Of a stretch of DNA of 64,000 nucleotides, positions 29,081-39,172 are shown in pieces. The notes beneath the pieces are model-generated. The model had not been told where the DNA came from. It worked only from the letters and a program-made list of their open reading frames with translations, and made no database searches. The stretch is from Calditrichaceae bacterium. Lineage in GTDB: Bacteria > Calditrichota > Calditrichia > Calditrichales > JBFXGD01. Numbering within the stretch: position 1 is the first letter of the stretch; each line of letters opens with the position of its first letter. Where the stretch lies: contig JBFXLE010000002.1 of NCBI GenBank assembly GCA_050173015.1, positions 32,001-96,000 on the forward strand, read 5' to 3'. Position numbers and translations under genes: made by a program.

Positions 29081-29910
29081 TCAAATATCAGAAGATAAAG
29101 ATAGGTGGACAATGCCGCGGCGGATATGCCCAACGCGATGGATGAATAATTGTCAAAATCTTTTGCTTTATTATAGTTTCGTCTCATATCGGAAAGATTG
29201 GAAGTACTCTTGTAGCTGTCATAATGATCATCAGCTATTCTTTTAAGGTAAAAAGAGAGCCAGTTGGAAGTGATAGCGGTGATAACGAGTCCCGGTTTAA
29301 CCAACCTTTTGATACCGTTTGGATTTTTCGGCCGGCTCGTTGTTACAAGACTTGGTTCACCGGATGGTTCAGGGCTGAGACGAACCATGAGTGGCCAGTC
29401 ATTTACTGTAGAGAGATCGAGTTCATTTTTCAAATATCCTTTTTTTTGCAAATATATTTTATTAAAAGGAATATCGGTGTTCAGGTAAAGAGGGGTTTTA
29501 CCCAAAAGTGTGTCATTTATCGCGAATATCCCCGCGTCTCCCGGTATCGACTGCAACAGCCTGTACTTCTGGGGTTCCAGGGATAATATTAGCGTATCCA
29601 TAGCGTTTATTCGGAATTCTTTATGCACTGTTAATCCGGTCCAGTTTTTTTCATTCATGCGTTTTGCCCGGAGATTGTGAGAACCGGCCGGCATGGGATA
29701 AGCAGTAACGGGACTCTCCAGAGAAATAGAATCATCAATACTGATTTTCCATATATCATTTGATTGGATGGTCAGATAACCATCATCATTGTTTTCCTGC
29801 GCGGTTAGAGACGGACTATCGAACAAGATCAGAATGATGCAATAAAACAGGATCCATATCCCATTATTGTGCGGATGCATTGGTATTATCCTTTGCAGAT
29901 TTGAATACAA
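29077..29910 (-). CDS. PEGA-like domain exported protein with C-terminal helical hairpin (start may be 29880)
   Basis: 'QSIPGDAGIFAINDTLLGKTPL...LQKKGY' PEGA motif; two C-terminal hydrophobic helices. Confidence 0.7.
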   Translation of the reverse strand: MYSNLQRIIPMHPHNNGIWILFYCIILILFDSPSLTAQENNDDGYLTIQSNDIWKISIDDSISLESPVTAYPMPAGSHNLRAKRMNEKNWTGLTVHKEFRINAMDTLILSLEPQKYRLLQSIPGDAGIFAINDTLLGKTPLYLNTDIPFNKIYLQKKGYLKNELDLSTVNDWPLMVRLSPEPSGEPSLVTTSRPKNPNGIKRLVKPGLVITAITSNWLSFYLKRIADDHYDSYKSTSNLSDMRRNYNKAKDFDNYSSIALGISAAALSTYLYLLIFD

Positions 29911-31018
29911 CGAGTTTTCTCTTTTCTAAACCGATAAACAATTGATTTTTATAGATCATCGGCGCGGATGACGGACGATATTTGAGATTCAGACTCTGTA
30001 AAATCTCTCCGGAATATTTGTTGACCAGATAGAGTTTATTTCTGGCGGTTCCGACGATTACCATATCAAGTGTAACCAGCGGGGAAGCTGTCGGCGGACC
30101 TTCTAATTTTCTTTCCCAAATAATATCTCCATCGGGAACACTGAGAGCAATCAGACTTCCGTCGCTGAGCGCGGAATAAATTATTTTATCATCAATTGAT
30201 GGCGCAACATACACCGGAACATTAAATCCACTCTTATACCGGATCGAACCGTCATTCATATTGATGATATATAGATTTCCCCGGTATGTAGAAACGAATA
30301 AGTGGTCGTTTTTAATAACGGGGGATGATTGAATCGCTTCGCTGATATTCAATGACCAATTTACCACCCCGGTTTCCGGGTCGATGTTAGTGACAAGCCC
30401 GTCCCTTCCCGCAATGATGAGACCGCTGTCTGAGAAGGCGAAATTTGTATTAATTCTGTCAGGGATCCGCTTTTCCCATATTTTCTTTCCGTTCCGGGCA
30501 TCCAGGCAAAGAATCAGCCCTTCCAATGTGCCGTAAAAAAGTTTATTTCCAAACAGTATCGGTGTAACAGCTGAAAAATGCTTTTTGTTTTTCCAAATCT
30601 CCCTTTTTTTATAAAGATCATAGCCTATGATTCCAAACTTGCCGATCTCTGATGTTATATATACCGTGTGATCAGAAGCAGTGGGTGAGCCTGAAACTCC
30701 ATGTGAAACACGAAATTTAACCGATTCCGATAGATCATCGGTGTTCATGATATACACGAAACCATTCTTCGTTGTGAAGAGGAGATTTTCTCCTAATAGC
30801 TCGATTTTTTTTGTTGTTTCTCCGGATAAGGATACTTCCCTAAAAAATTCTAACGGCGTGTCAACGGATGCGGGTGAGAATCCTGTATTAGAAAAACTGA
30901 TATTTTCAGGACGCGGAGGCAGTTTTTTATTATAGAAAGGTTTGGAACATGCTAAAATAAGCGAAAATACCAACGCCATAGAGGTGAATAGTATAGATAT
31001 ATTTTTCACTTTCATCAT
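29864..31018 (-). CDS. BamB-like PQQ-repeat beta-propeller lipoprotein
   Basis: Lipobox LILA-C; repeated 'LDARNGKKIWE', 'IDPETGVVNWS', 'SSPVI' blades; start overlaps the upstream stop (TAATG). Confidence 0.85.
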   Translation of the reverse strand: MMKVKNISILFTSMALVFSLILACSKPFYNKKLPPRPENISFSNTGFSPASVDTPLEFFREVSLSGETTKKIELLGENLLFTTKNGFVYIMNTDDLSESVKFRVSHGVSGSPTASDHTVYITSEIGKFGIIGYDLYKKREIWKNKKHFSAVTPILFGNKLFYGTLEGLILCLDARNGKKIWEKRIPDRINTNFAFSDSGLIIAGRDGLVTNIDPETGVVNWSLNISEAIQSSPVIKNDHLFVSTYRGNLYIINMNDGSIRYKSGFNVPVYVAPSIDDKIIYSALSDGSLIALSVPDGDIIWERKLEGPPTASPLVTLDMVIVGTARNKLYLVNKYSGEILQSLNLKYRPSSAPMIYKNQLFIGLEKRKLVVFKSAKDNTNASAQ

Positions 31019-33873
31019 TAAAAATCCCACCCGAAGAAAAATTGAGTAAATATGTTTTTTGACGTGGAATGGAAATCAGTTGTTTTCCCGAAATCCCACC
31101 GGAACGCGATAAAGTTACCTAAACGGAGCCGTATTCCCACACCATAGCTGCCAAGAAGACCCTGCCACTCATCATCCCAGGCGTTTCCCATGTCAAAGAA
31201 CGCCGCGCCGCGGATAGAATTAAAACCAAGCGAAAAAAACGGCATTCTGATACCGATCAAGTCTATGAAAGGAAAACGCAATTCCTGACTGATTAGCATC
31301 ACCCTTTCGCCGCGTAGTGACCACCGTCTGTACCCCCTCAAATCCCAGCTGCCGCCAAGGTAAAACTGACGCGTTTCTGTTCCTTCGTTAAACAGAGACA
31401 GGAATCGGACTGCATAGGCGCTTCGTAAGCCCAGTCGGTGATAATATCTCAGATCAGCCAGAATGGTGATGTAGTTTACATTTGAATGGATAAAATCATA
31501 GGTGTTGCCAATAGTCAAATTTAAACGTCTGCCGTCAATAGGTCCGGTCACGCCCCACATGGAGTTATCATGGACATAACTGATAAAATTTGAATTCAGC
31601 CAGGCTTGCCTTCTTTTATCAAAATACCAGTCCTTATCCGAATAACTAAAGCTTTGATTTAATTCCAGCCTCGAAAATTGGGACAGGGGATAGCTGAGCG
31701 CGAAATATGAACCGATACGTTCCTCATAGAAATAAGAATCTTCCGGATTGTAATATGGACCGGCAAATCTGAACGCGCCTATGGCATAATTGACACGCTG
31801 ACCAAGTGAAACTTTACTTACCGCGGCGTTAAAACTTTTAAAAAATTCTGAATTTGTACGTGAGTTATTATAAAGAAGTATATAGTACTGATCATTACCA
31901 AGCACGTCGGTAAACGCCAGCTGAGCGCCACCTGTCGTTCCAAAAATCGGATCCTGCGAAACCTGAGTCTGGGCGATGTCTAAATCGAATTTTTTAATAT
32001 AATGATTTCTGGATTCGACCCGGGATTGCTCAATATTTTGATAGGTCCAGAAATCATCGAAATCAACCGCGAGATTTCGATTGTATTCTACCGCGTCATC
32101 AAAATGATTGATAAAATTTCTGTCAAGTCTGATCTGAAATCGGCGATTCTCGAATGTGCCAAATAACAAATCGCCTCGCTGAGTCCATTCAGGGTCGAAT
32201 GTCGCGCCAATAAATGATGTCATTTTGTATGACCGTATCGGCTCAGATTGCGATAGACTTTTTAGAGGCTCACTGACCAGATAAATATTGTATGAACCGG
32301 CAACATCCGATGTATAGGCAAGATACTTCCCATCCGGAGAAAAGACAGGGGACTGGTCTTTTTGGAGCCCGGCGGTGATATAATAGATTTCGCCTGAATT
32401 TTTATTCAATACAAATATGTTTTTCGCGCCAAGTTTTCCAAAATTGGTCCGGTCAGATGAGAAAGCGATAAAATTTCCGTCAGGTGACCAGGATGGATCC
32501 GTGTCATCATAAAAATCGTTTGTCAGTCGTATTAATTCCGTGTTCTCAAGCCTAAACAGGTAGAGATCTTTGTATCCAGATTTATCCAGTCCGCTGAACA
32601 CAATCTCTTTTCCGTCCGGAGACCAGGCGGGGGACAATATAGCGACCAGACCCTTAAAATAGTGTTTGGAGATAATCTCTTTTCTGTTTATGTCAAATAC
32701 ATATAGCGCATCGGTTTCCCCGCTCTTGGAGGTAAAGGTTAACAATCCTTCGTCGTTAACATCAATTTTTGAGTAGAAAATGTGAAATGCCTCAAAATCC
32801 GAACTTGTTTCGCCCTTGACTAAAAGCTCTACTTCATCTTTTTCATCGGGATCAACCGGTTTTATTTGCTTACGGTAAATACTGGAATAGCCCGTCCGGT
32901 TCGCAACAAAAACAACGTACTCTTTTTGCCCGTCATGATAATAAGCCGGTTTAAAATTATAACCGTCTCTTACGATGGTTTCGGTAACCTGGTCCGAAAA
33001 ATCATCATCACCAAGCATAGGATAATATGTTTTTTTCAGGTGATACAGGTATTCTCTGTCAAATTGTTTATAATTCAGACCGGTCGCGTCTGTGAAACTG
33101 AGCTCAAAATAATCATATTTCCAGGCGTTTTCCATCATCAGAAGGATTTTGTCTTCGCCGAAATTGTCGGCAACATAGTTAAGGATGTTTTGACCGAATT
33201 TATACATGGAGTAGGTGCCCTGGATCAGATACATTCGTTCCAGTCCAACCGCATAATTGTTCAAAACAGCATCCTTAACAACCATTTCGCCCTGAGCGTC
33301 CCATTCACCGGACCAAAGCTCTGCAAGTCCTTCGGTAAACCATAAAGGAGGATACGCGCCGTCACCTTTTCCATGACCATAAATCACATTAAATATTTTC
33401 GAGTGCATAAAGACATGAACCAGTTCGTGCCGAATCACTCTTTTGAACTGAAATAAATCTCCATTACTGGGGATAACCACTCTTCCTTTTAAAAATTCAA
33501 AAAATCCTCCGACTCCTTCGGGTATAAATCCCGGTGTGATATTGGTCTGTTGGAAATGCAGATGAGAGCTGTAAAAAATGAGCGGAATTCTTCTTGTAAT
33601 TGAATAATTAAATTTTGTTTCAAGGAAGGCAAAACTTTCTTCGGCAAATCTGGCTCCTTTTTCTGCGATATCTTCCATTTCAGGATAATAATAAATATCA
33701 AAATGGGCGGTCTTCAAAACCTGCCAGTTAAAATCAGTATATTGGACTTTGTTACGGCCGTAATAAAATCCCTGAGCGGAAGTAACAGAAACCTCGAGAA
33801 GGATGAAGAAAAAAACAGGGGAGCCAATCAGAATATTTTTTTTGAATTTATTAAATTTTTCAATTATCTTCAT
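31018..33873 (-). CDS. Gluzincin-like + PD40 beta-propeller + Omp85 (BamA/TamA-type) barrel protein
   Basis: GRNKVQY; HELVH + WFTEGLAE; PAWSPDG/PSWSPDG/PVFSPDG; LGGSWDLRGY, ELRFP, FFDMGNAW; ends FFFGWDF. Confidence 0.88.
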   Translation of the reverse strand: MKIIEKFNKFKKNILIGSPVFFFILLEVSVTSAQGFYYGRNKVQYTDFNWQVLKTAHFDIYYYPEMEDIAEKGARFAEESFAFLETKFNYSITRRIPLIFYSSHLHFQQTNITPGFIPEGVGGFFEFLKGRVVIPSNGDLFQFKRVIRHELVHVFMHSKIFNVIYGHGKGDGAYPPLWFTEGLAELWSGEWDAQGEMVVKDAVLNNYAVGLERMYLIQGTYSMYKFGQNILNYVADNFGEDKILLMMENAWKYDYFELSFTDATGLNYKQFDREYLYHLKKTYYPMLGDDDFSDQVTETIVRDGYNFKPAYYHDGQKEYVVFVANRTGYSSIYRKQIKPVDPDEKDEVELLVKGETSSDFEAFHIFYSKIDVNDEGLLTFTSKSGETDALYVFDINRKEIISKHYFKGLVAILSPAWSPDGKEIVFSGLDKSGYKDLYLFRLENTELIRLTNDFYDDTDPSWSPDGNFIAFSSDRTNFGKLGAKNIFVLNKNSGEIYYITAGLQKDQSPVFSPDGKYLAYTSDVAGSYNIYLVSEPLKSLSQSEPIRSYKMTSFIGATFDPEWTQRGDLLFGTFENRRFQIRLDRNFINHFDDAVEYNRNLAVDFDDFWTYQNIEQSRVESRNHYIKKFDLDIAQTQVSQDPIFGTTGGAQLAFTDVLGNDQYYILLYNNSRTNSEFFKSFNAAVSKVSLGQRVNYAIGAFRFAGPYYNPEDSYFYEERIGSYFALSYPLSQFSRLELNQSFSYSDKDWYFDKRRQAWLNSNFISYVHDNSMWGVTGPIDGRRLNLTIGNTYDFIHSNVNYITILADLRYYHRLGLRSAYAVRFLSLFNEGTETRQFYLGGSWDLRGYRRWSLRGERVMLISQELRFPFIDLIGIRMPFFSLGFNSIRGAAFFDMGNAWDDEWQGLLGSYGVGIRLRLGNFIAFRWDFGKTTDFHSTSKNIFTQFFFGWDF

Positions 33874-34034
33874 GGTCTGACCTAATGCATCGGATTCTTT
33901 TAATTATCAACTTAAAAGTAGAGTCCGATGTTTCCATTTTATGGAAATTTTACTTATTTTATGCAGAGATTGAGTAAACAGACTCAATATAGCGGAAAAA
34001 AATGTTCAATACAAAGTCGATCGAAGGGAATAAT

Positions 34035-35042
34035 ATGAAGTCTATTCTGGTAACAGGCGGCGCCGGTTTTATAGGTTCTAATTTTGTGCGGTATATGCTG
34101 AATAAATACCCGGATTACAGAATCATCGTCCTGGATGCTCTCACTTACGCGGGCAACAGGGAGAACTTATCAGATGTTGAGAGCAACCCAAGATTCTTTT
34201 TTTATCATGGTAACATCTGTGATGAGAAGATTGTTGATAATCTGATGAGCAATGTGGATTCTGTTGTTAATTTTGCTGCCGAAACTCATGTTGACAGATC
34301 GATTCATGAAGCCGGGGAGTTTATTGATACAGATATTAAAGGCACATTCGTATTATTGGAAGCCGCAAAAAAGCATAAAATCGAACGCTTCCTGCATATA
34401 TCAACAGATGAAGTGTACGGATCAATCGATAACGGTTCATTCAAAGAAACGGATCCTTTAATGCCCAACAGCCCGTATTCTTCGAGCAAAGCCGGTGGTG
34501 ACCTTCTTGTCCGGTCCTACTTTGTTACTTACGGACTTCCTGTATTAATCACACGCAGTTCAAATAACTACGGACCTTTCCAGTATCCGGAAAAACTAAT
34601 TCCGCTGTTTGTCACCAATGCCATCGACGGGATGCAGTTGCCGTTGTACGGGGATGGCAAAAATGTCAGAGATTGGCTCTATGTGGATGATAACTGTTCC
34701 GGTATCGATACCGTCTTGCATAAAGGCGCGCTTGGAGAAATATACAATATCGGCGGCGGTAACGAACGGGAAAATATATTTATAACTGATTATATTCTCA
34801 ACAAACTCGGGAAGCCAAAATCATTGATAAAATATGTTAAGGATCGCCCGGGTCATGACCGAAGATATTCGGTGGATATCAGTAAGATCGAAACTCTTGG
34901 GTGGAAACCGATAATTGAGCTTGAAGACGGATTGAAAAAAACGGTCGAATGGTATATGAATAACGAAAAATGGTGGAGAATGATCAAGGAAAAGCAGGAA
35001 GATTATAAAAAGTTTTACGAAAAGCAGTACACAGAACGTTGA
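34035..35042 (+). CDS. rfbB: dTDP-glucose 4,6-dehydratase
   Basis: VTGGAGFIGSNF, DALTYAGN, AAETHVDRSI, STDEVYG, YSSSK, DRPGHDRRY. Confidence 0.97.
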   Translation: MKSILVTGGAGFIGSNFVRYMLNKYPDYRIIVLDALTYAGNRENLSDVESNPRFFFYHGNICDEKIVDNLMSNVDSVVNFAAETHVDRSIHEAGEFIDTDIKGTFVLLEAAKKHKIERFLHISTDEVYGSIDNGSFKETDPLMPNSPYSSSKAGGDLLVRSYFVTYGLPVLITRSSNNYGPFQYPEKLIPLFVTNAIDGMQLPLYGDGKNVRDWLYVDDNCSGIDTVLHKGALGEIYNIGGGNERENIFITDYILNKLGKPKSLIKYVKDRPGHDRRYSVDISKIETLGWKPIIELEDGLKKTVEWYMNNEKWWRMIKEKQEDYKKFYEKQYTER

Positions 35043-35043
35043 T

Positions 35044-35068
35044 TGGCCACCGGTCTTACCGGAGGCCA
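35044..35068 (+). terminator. GC-rich hairpin after rfbB (weak terminator or mRNA stabiliser)
   Basis: TGGCCACCGGT-ctt-ACCGGAGGCCA; no clear U-tract. Confidence 0.4.
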
Positions 35069-35120
35069 TTATTCAACAAGGTATCCGGTATTCTTTGCAG
35101 AATTCTAACCCGGTTCAATT

Positions 35121-36386
35121 ATGATCAAAAAAACCGCCTGTAAAAATCATCCGGATACCTTAACCGCGAGAAAATGCTATTACTGCGCGGATTCAATATG
35201 TTCCGCGTGTCAGAAACATTTTGAAAATCATCTGTTTTGCGGCCGAAAATGTTTTTACAAATGGAAAATAGTAGAGTTTATATCAAAATTCTCAATTTCA
35301 GCCGATACTGTAATATTGTTTTTACTGCTGGCTTTTTTAAATATTTTTACCATTTTTTATCTTAATACCAAAAATTCTGACTCACCGGATATTTCAGATG
35401 TGAAAGATATCAAGCCCGTCGGCGAGGGCATCTGGAAACTGGATACACTCCGCTATGGCATCAGCAATTCGTACCAAATTCGAATTAACGGTGGCGCGGG
35501 GAGCCTGATAGGGTTATGGCGGGACGGAAAATTTGTGGAAAGCCGGATTCAGACGGATACTTCGACATTCACATTTGACAAGCAATATTTAAAAACCGGT
35601 ATCAATCGCTTCGCTATTTGGGCTTTAACTGAGCGTGGGAAGCGTGTACTCATCGATTCATTTGCAGTCACCTTTGATTCCCCCCGACTGAATTTTCTTA
35701 AAAATCCTGTTTATGAATTCCGCAATAGCGGAAAAAATATTGCGTTGACATTTGATGGCGGCTCTCTTAATTCAGGCACTGCCGAAATACTTACCGCGTT
35801 AAAAAAGGCGGATGTCCGGTGTACTCTTTTCCTGACCGGAAGTTTTATCCGCAGATATCCCGAGCTTGTCCGCAAAATGATTGAAGATGGTCATGAAATC
35901 GGAAACCATTCAATGACACACCCTCACCTGACAATGCTTGAAATCGATCGCTCAAATCATACCAGAAATGGTGTTACCCGGGAATTTGTACAGCATCAGC
36001 TTTTGTCCGTCGATAGTTTGTTCCGAACCGTAACCAATCATCAAATGGCGCCTTTCTGGAGGGCTCCCTTCGGGGAAATTAATGAACAGGTTGCCTTATG
36101 GGCCGCGGAAATCGGTTTTAAACATATCGGCTGGTCACAGAATTGCGATTCCAGAGACTGGGTCGCGGATGCGGGATCTTCTCTGTACCGGACAAATACT
36201 GAAATTTTGCAGCACTTTATTGAACAGGAAGAACAATCGGGCATGAGCGGTAAAATCATTTTGATGCATCTGGGGAGTGAGAGAAAAGATGATTTTCCTT
36301 ATTTGATATTACCGGATTTGATTGAGCAGTTAAAGCGACGCGGATACGGATTTAAGACGATAAGTCAAATGTTTTCAAATAATTGA
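35121..36386 (+). CDS. Polysaccharide deacetylase (NodB/CE4) with N-terminal B-box-like zinc finger and TM helix
   Basis: CKNHP...CYYC...CSAC...C...C; TM helix; IALTFDGG, EIGNHSMTHP, WRAPFGE, IILMH. Confidence 0.88.
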   Translation: MIKKTACKNHPDTLTARKCYYCADSICSACQKHFENHLFCGRKCFYKWKIVEFISKFSISADTVILFLLLAFLNIFTIFYLNTKNSDSPDISDVKDIKPVGEGIWKLDTLRYGISNSYQIRINGGAGSLIGLWRDGKFVESRIQTDTSTFTFDKQYLKTGINRFAIWALTERGKRVLIDSFAVTFDSPRLNFLKNPVYEFRNSGKNIALTFDGGSLNSGTAEILTALKKADVRCTLFLTGSFIRRYPELVRKMIEDGHEIGNHSMTHPHLTMLEIDRSNHTRNGVTREFVQHQLLSVDSLFRTVTNHQMAPFWRAPFGEINEQVALWAAEIGFKHIGWSQNCDSRDWVADAGSSLYRTNTEILQHFIEQEEQSGMSGKIILMHLGSERKDDFPYLILPDLIEQLKRRGYGFKTISQMFSNN

Positions 36387-36425
36387 CAATATTAGTATTA
36401 TGTCTTTCTTAAATAGCGGGAAACA

Positions 36426-37700
36426 GTGATGAAGAAGTTTCTTTTCATTTTGGCCTTGACAATATCTACCATAAATTTTCTTAATGCGGATGAGATTCAT
36501 GAGAAACCCTATGTGCTTGTCGTCTCGCTTGATGGCTTTCGTTGGGATTATCCGGACAGGGGAATTACGCCAAATCTGAATAATATGATCGAAAACGGCG
36601 TCAGGGCGCTATCCCTTATGCCTTCATTTCCATCAAAGACTTTTCCGAACCATTATACGATCGCGACCGGTTTATATCCCGAGAACCATGGCATCATAAG
36701 CAACAAATTCAGTGATCCGTTTACAGATGATGAATATGCTCTGGGAAACAAATGCGCTGTAAAAGACGACAGGTGGTATAACGGGGAAACAATATGGGTA
36801 ACCGCACAGAAGCAAGGTATAAAAACGGCAAGTTATTTCTGGCCGGGTTCTGAAACGGCGCTTGATTATAAGCATCCGACTTATTTTATGGAATATGACG
36901 GTTCCATTTCTCATGACGAGAGAATAGAAGGGGTGATAAACTGGTTAAAATTGCCAGGGGAAGAACGTCCTCATCTGATTTTCTTATATTTTAGTGATAC
37001 AGATACGAAAGGGCATCGTTACGGCCCGGATTCAGAGAAACTAAATGAAGCGGTCAGCTTGCTGGACAGTAAAATCGGTTTACTGCGGAAAAAGCTGAAG
37101 GATATGAATATGTCCGGCAAAGTTAATCTGATCGTACTTTCTGATCATGGGATGACAAATGTGTATTCGGAAAAAAACATAATGATCGATTTTACTAAAA
37201 GTTATGACAATGTGAATTGGGATATTTCGGGAACATTATTGTCTGGTTTTACGGGGGACAAAGCTGTTCGAAAAGTAATTTATGAACGTCTGAAAAAAAA
37301 TGAACAGGGATACCGAGTTTATCTTAAGCAGGATGTGCCTGAATATTTACACTATAAAAACCATCCTTTCATCGGAGATATAATAGCTATCGCGGAGCCG
37401 GGTTATACTTTCCAAACAACAGAGGCAAAAAATAGTAATGGAAGTTATTCAAAAGGGAATCACGGATTTGATAATACGGTTCTGGATATGCACGGGATAT
37501 TTTTTGCCGCGGGGCCGGCTTTTAAGAACAACTATCGCACCGGCACGATAGTTAATGTCGACATCTATCCTTTAATATGTAAAATCCTGGGTATCTCGCC
37601 AAATCTTATGATAGACGGGAAATTTGAGAGAATCGAATTTATGCTTGACACGGAAGAAACGAATTCAGAAAAGAAACTCCCGGTATCAACAATAAAATAA
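36426..37700 (+). CDS. Nucleotide pyrophosphatase/phosphodiesterase (alkaline phosphatase superfamily)
   Basis: VSLDGFRWDY, PSKTFPNHYTIATGLYPENHGI, SDHGM, GNHGFDN. Confidence 0.94.
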   Translation: MMKKFLFILALTISTINFLNADEIHEKPYVLVVSLDGFRWDYPDRGITPNLNNMIENGVRALSLMPSFPSKTFPNHYTIATGLYPENHGIISNKFSDPFTDDEYALGNKCAVKDDRWYNGETIWVTAQKQGIKTASYFWPGSETALDYKHPTYFMEYDGSISHDERIEGVINWLKLPGEERPHLIFLYFSDTDTKGHRYGPDSEKLNEAVSLLDSKIGLLRKKLKDMNMSGKVNLIVLSDHGMTNVYSEKNIMIDFTKSYDNVNWDISGTLLSGFTGDKAVRKVIYERLKKNEQGYRVYLKQDVPEYLHYKNHPFIGDIIAIAEPGYTFQTTEAKNSNGSYSKGNHGFDNTVLDMHGIFFAAGPAFKNNYRTGTIVNVDIYPLICKILGISPNLMIDGKFERIEFMLDTEETNSEKKLPVSTIK

Positions 37701-37726
37701 GCGGCTAGTTCAGAATAGCCGCTTAT
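37697..37726. terminator. Hairpin between convergent genes, probable bidirectional terminator
   Basis: ATAAGCGGCTA-gttcagaa-TAGCCGCTTAT, perfect 11-bp stem. Confidence 0.75.
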
Positions 37727-37751
37727 GGTTTATTCGATAATTTTAGATCTA

Positions 37752-38813
37752 TCAGGCTACGGTTATTTCTTTCGATAAATAAACATTCTGAATGGCGTTC
37801 AGGAGTTTCACGCCATCTGCCATTGGTTTCTGGAATGCCTTGCGTCCGCTAATTAATCCCATACCCCCCGCGCGTTTATTAATTACGGCTGTTTTAACGG
37901 CCTGCGCCAGATCATTTTCACCGGAAGCGCCTCCCGAATTAATCAGTCCCGCGCGCCCCATATAGGAATTAATGACTTGCAGACGGGTTAAATCGATCGG
38001 ATGGTCTGAAGAGAGCTCTGTGTACACTTTTTTATTTGTTTTCCCAAACTTAATGGCATTAAAACCGCCATTATTTTCAGGTTGTTTTTGTTTGACAATA
38101 TCCGCTTCGATTGTAACACCCAGGTGGTTTGCCTGGCCGGTTAAATCAGCGCTGACATGATAATCTACACCGCCCTTTTTAAATTCCGGATTGCGAAGAT
38201 AGCACCATAATATAGTCGCCAATCCCATTTCATGGGCGATTTCAAATGCTTCACTTACCTCAATTATCTGACGGCTCGATTCTTCAGATCCAAAATAGAT
38301 TGTGGCGCCAACAGCCACCGCGCCCATATCCCGCGCCTGTCTGACGCTTGCGAACATGATCTGATCAAATTTGTTCGGATAGGTGAGCAGTTCATTATGA
38401 TTTAATTTTACGATGAATGGAATTTTATGTGCATATTTCCTGCTTACAGCGCCGAGAACACCAAGTGTCGATGCCACACCGTTACAACCGCCCTCAATCG
38501 CCAGCTTCACTATGCTTTCCGGGTCAAAATAGATTGGATTGGGCGCGAAAGAAGCGCCGGCCGTGTGCTCGATACCCTGATCAACCGGTAAAATGGATAG
38601 AAATCCGGTGTTTGCCAGTCTGCCGTGACTAAATAAAGATTGAAGATTTCTTAACACCGGAGTAGGACGATCGGAGACAGAAAAAATTCGGTCAATAAAA
38701 TCCGGGCCGGGCAGATGAAGCAGATCTTTAGTCACAGTTTTACAGGTATGGTTGAGTAAACTGTCAGCTTCATTTCCAAGCAGACTTACTATTTGATCAA
38801 GTGTTTGTCCCAT
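37752..38813 (-). CDS. fbaB: Class I fructose-bisphosphate aldolase (DhnA/FbaB)
   Basis: [47 protein letters not shown]. Confidence 0.96.
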   Translation of the reverse strand: MGQTLDQIVSLLGNEADSLLNHTCKTVTKDLLHLPGPDFIDRIFSVSDRPTPVLRNLQSLFSHGRLANTGFLSILPVDQGIEHTAGASFAPNPIYFDPESIVKLAIEGGCNGVASTLGVLGAVSRKYAHKIPFIVKLNHNELLTYPNKFDQIMFASVRQARDMGAVAVGATIYFGSEESSRQIIEVSEAFEIAHEMGLATILWCYLRNPEFKKGGVDYHVSADLTGQANHLGVTIEADIVKQKQPENNGGFNAIKFGKTNKKVYTELSSDHPIDLTRLQVINSYMGRAGLINSGGASGENDLAQAVKTAVINKRAGGMGLISGRKAFQKPMADGVKLLNAIQNVYLSKEITVA

Positions 38814-39095
38814 TATACCTCCAGTTTTTATTTGATTTAAATAATGTTTCCAGTCGGTATAAATGTAATTTATAGATTACACTGAATAACCTTAACCGGG
38901 TACAATTTATTGTTATTAAATTAATAAAATGAATTATAGAAAGAAAATATTATTTAAGTATTTTATTTGCCTCAAATCATGAATATTAGCATTTATGGCT
39001 AATATGACAGGATTTTTAGTGTTATTTTCAAAATAACGCAATTATTGCCGGAAAAAGGTACATTTATATTTAGATATCTCTTTTTTTAACAAAAA

Positions 39096-39136
39096 TGGGC
39101 ATGGAATTTGCAATAAAAATCATTTTTTCCTATCTT
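39096..39136 (+). promoter_or_regulatory. sigma54-like -24/-12 element overlapping a sigma70-like promoter
   Basis: GGCATGGAATTTGCA (GG-N10-GC, 39098-39111); also TTGCAA-17-TATCTT (39108-39136). Confidence 0.45.
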
Positions 39137-39172
39137 GTATTCTGAAAAAAATACAAAACGAGGGAGACTAAT

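Noticed and set aside
33888-33930. Imperfect inverted repeat between the divergent Omp85 and rfbB genes
   Set aside because: A single imperfect hairpin with no second copy or recognisable family; cannot assign a function
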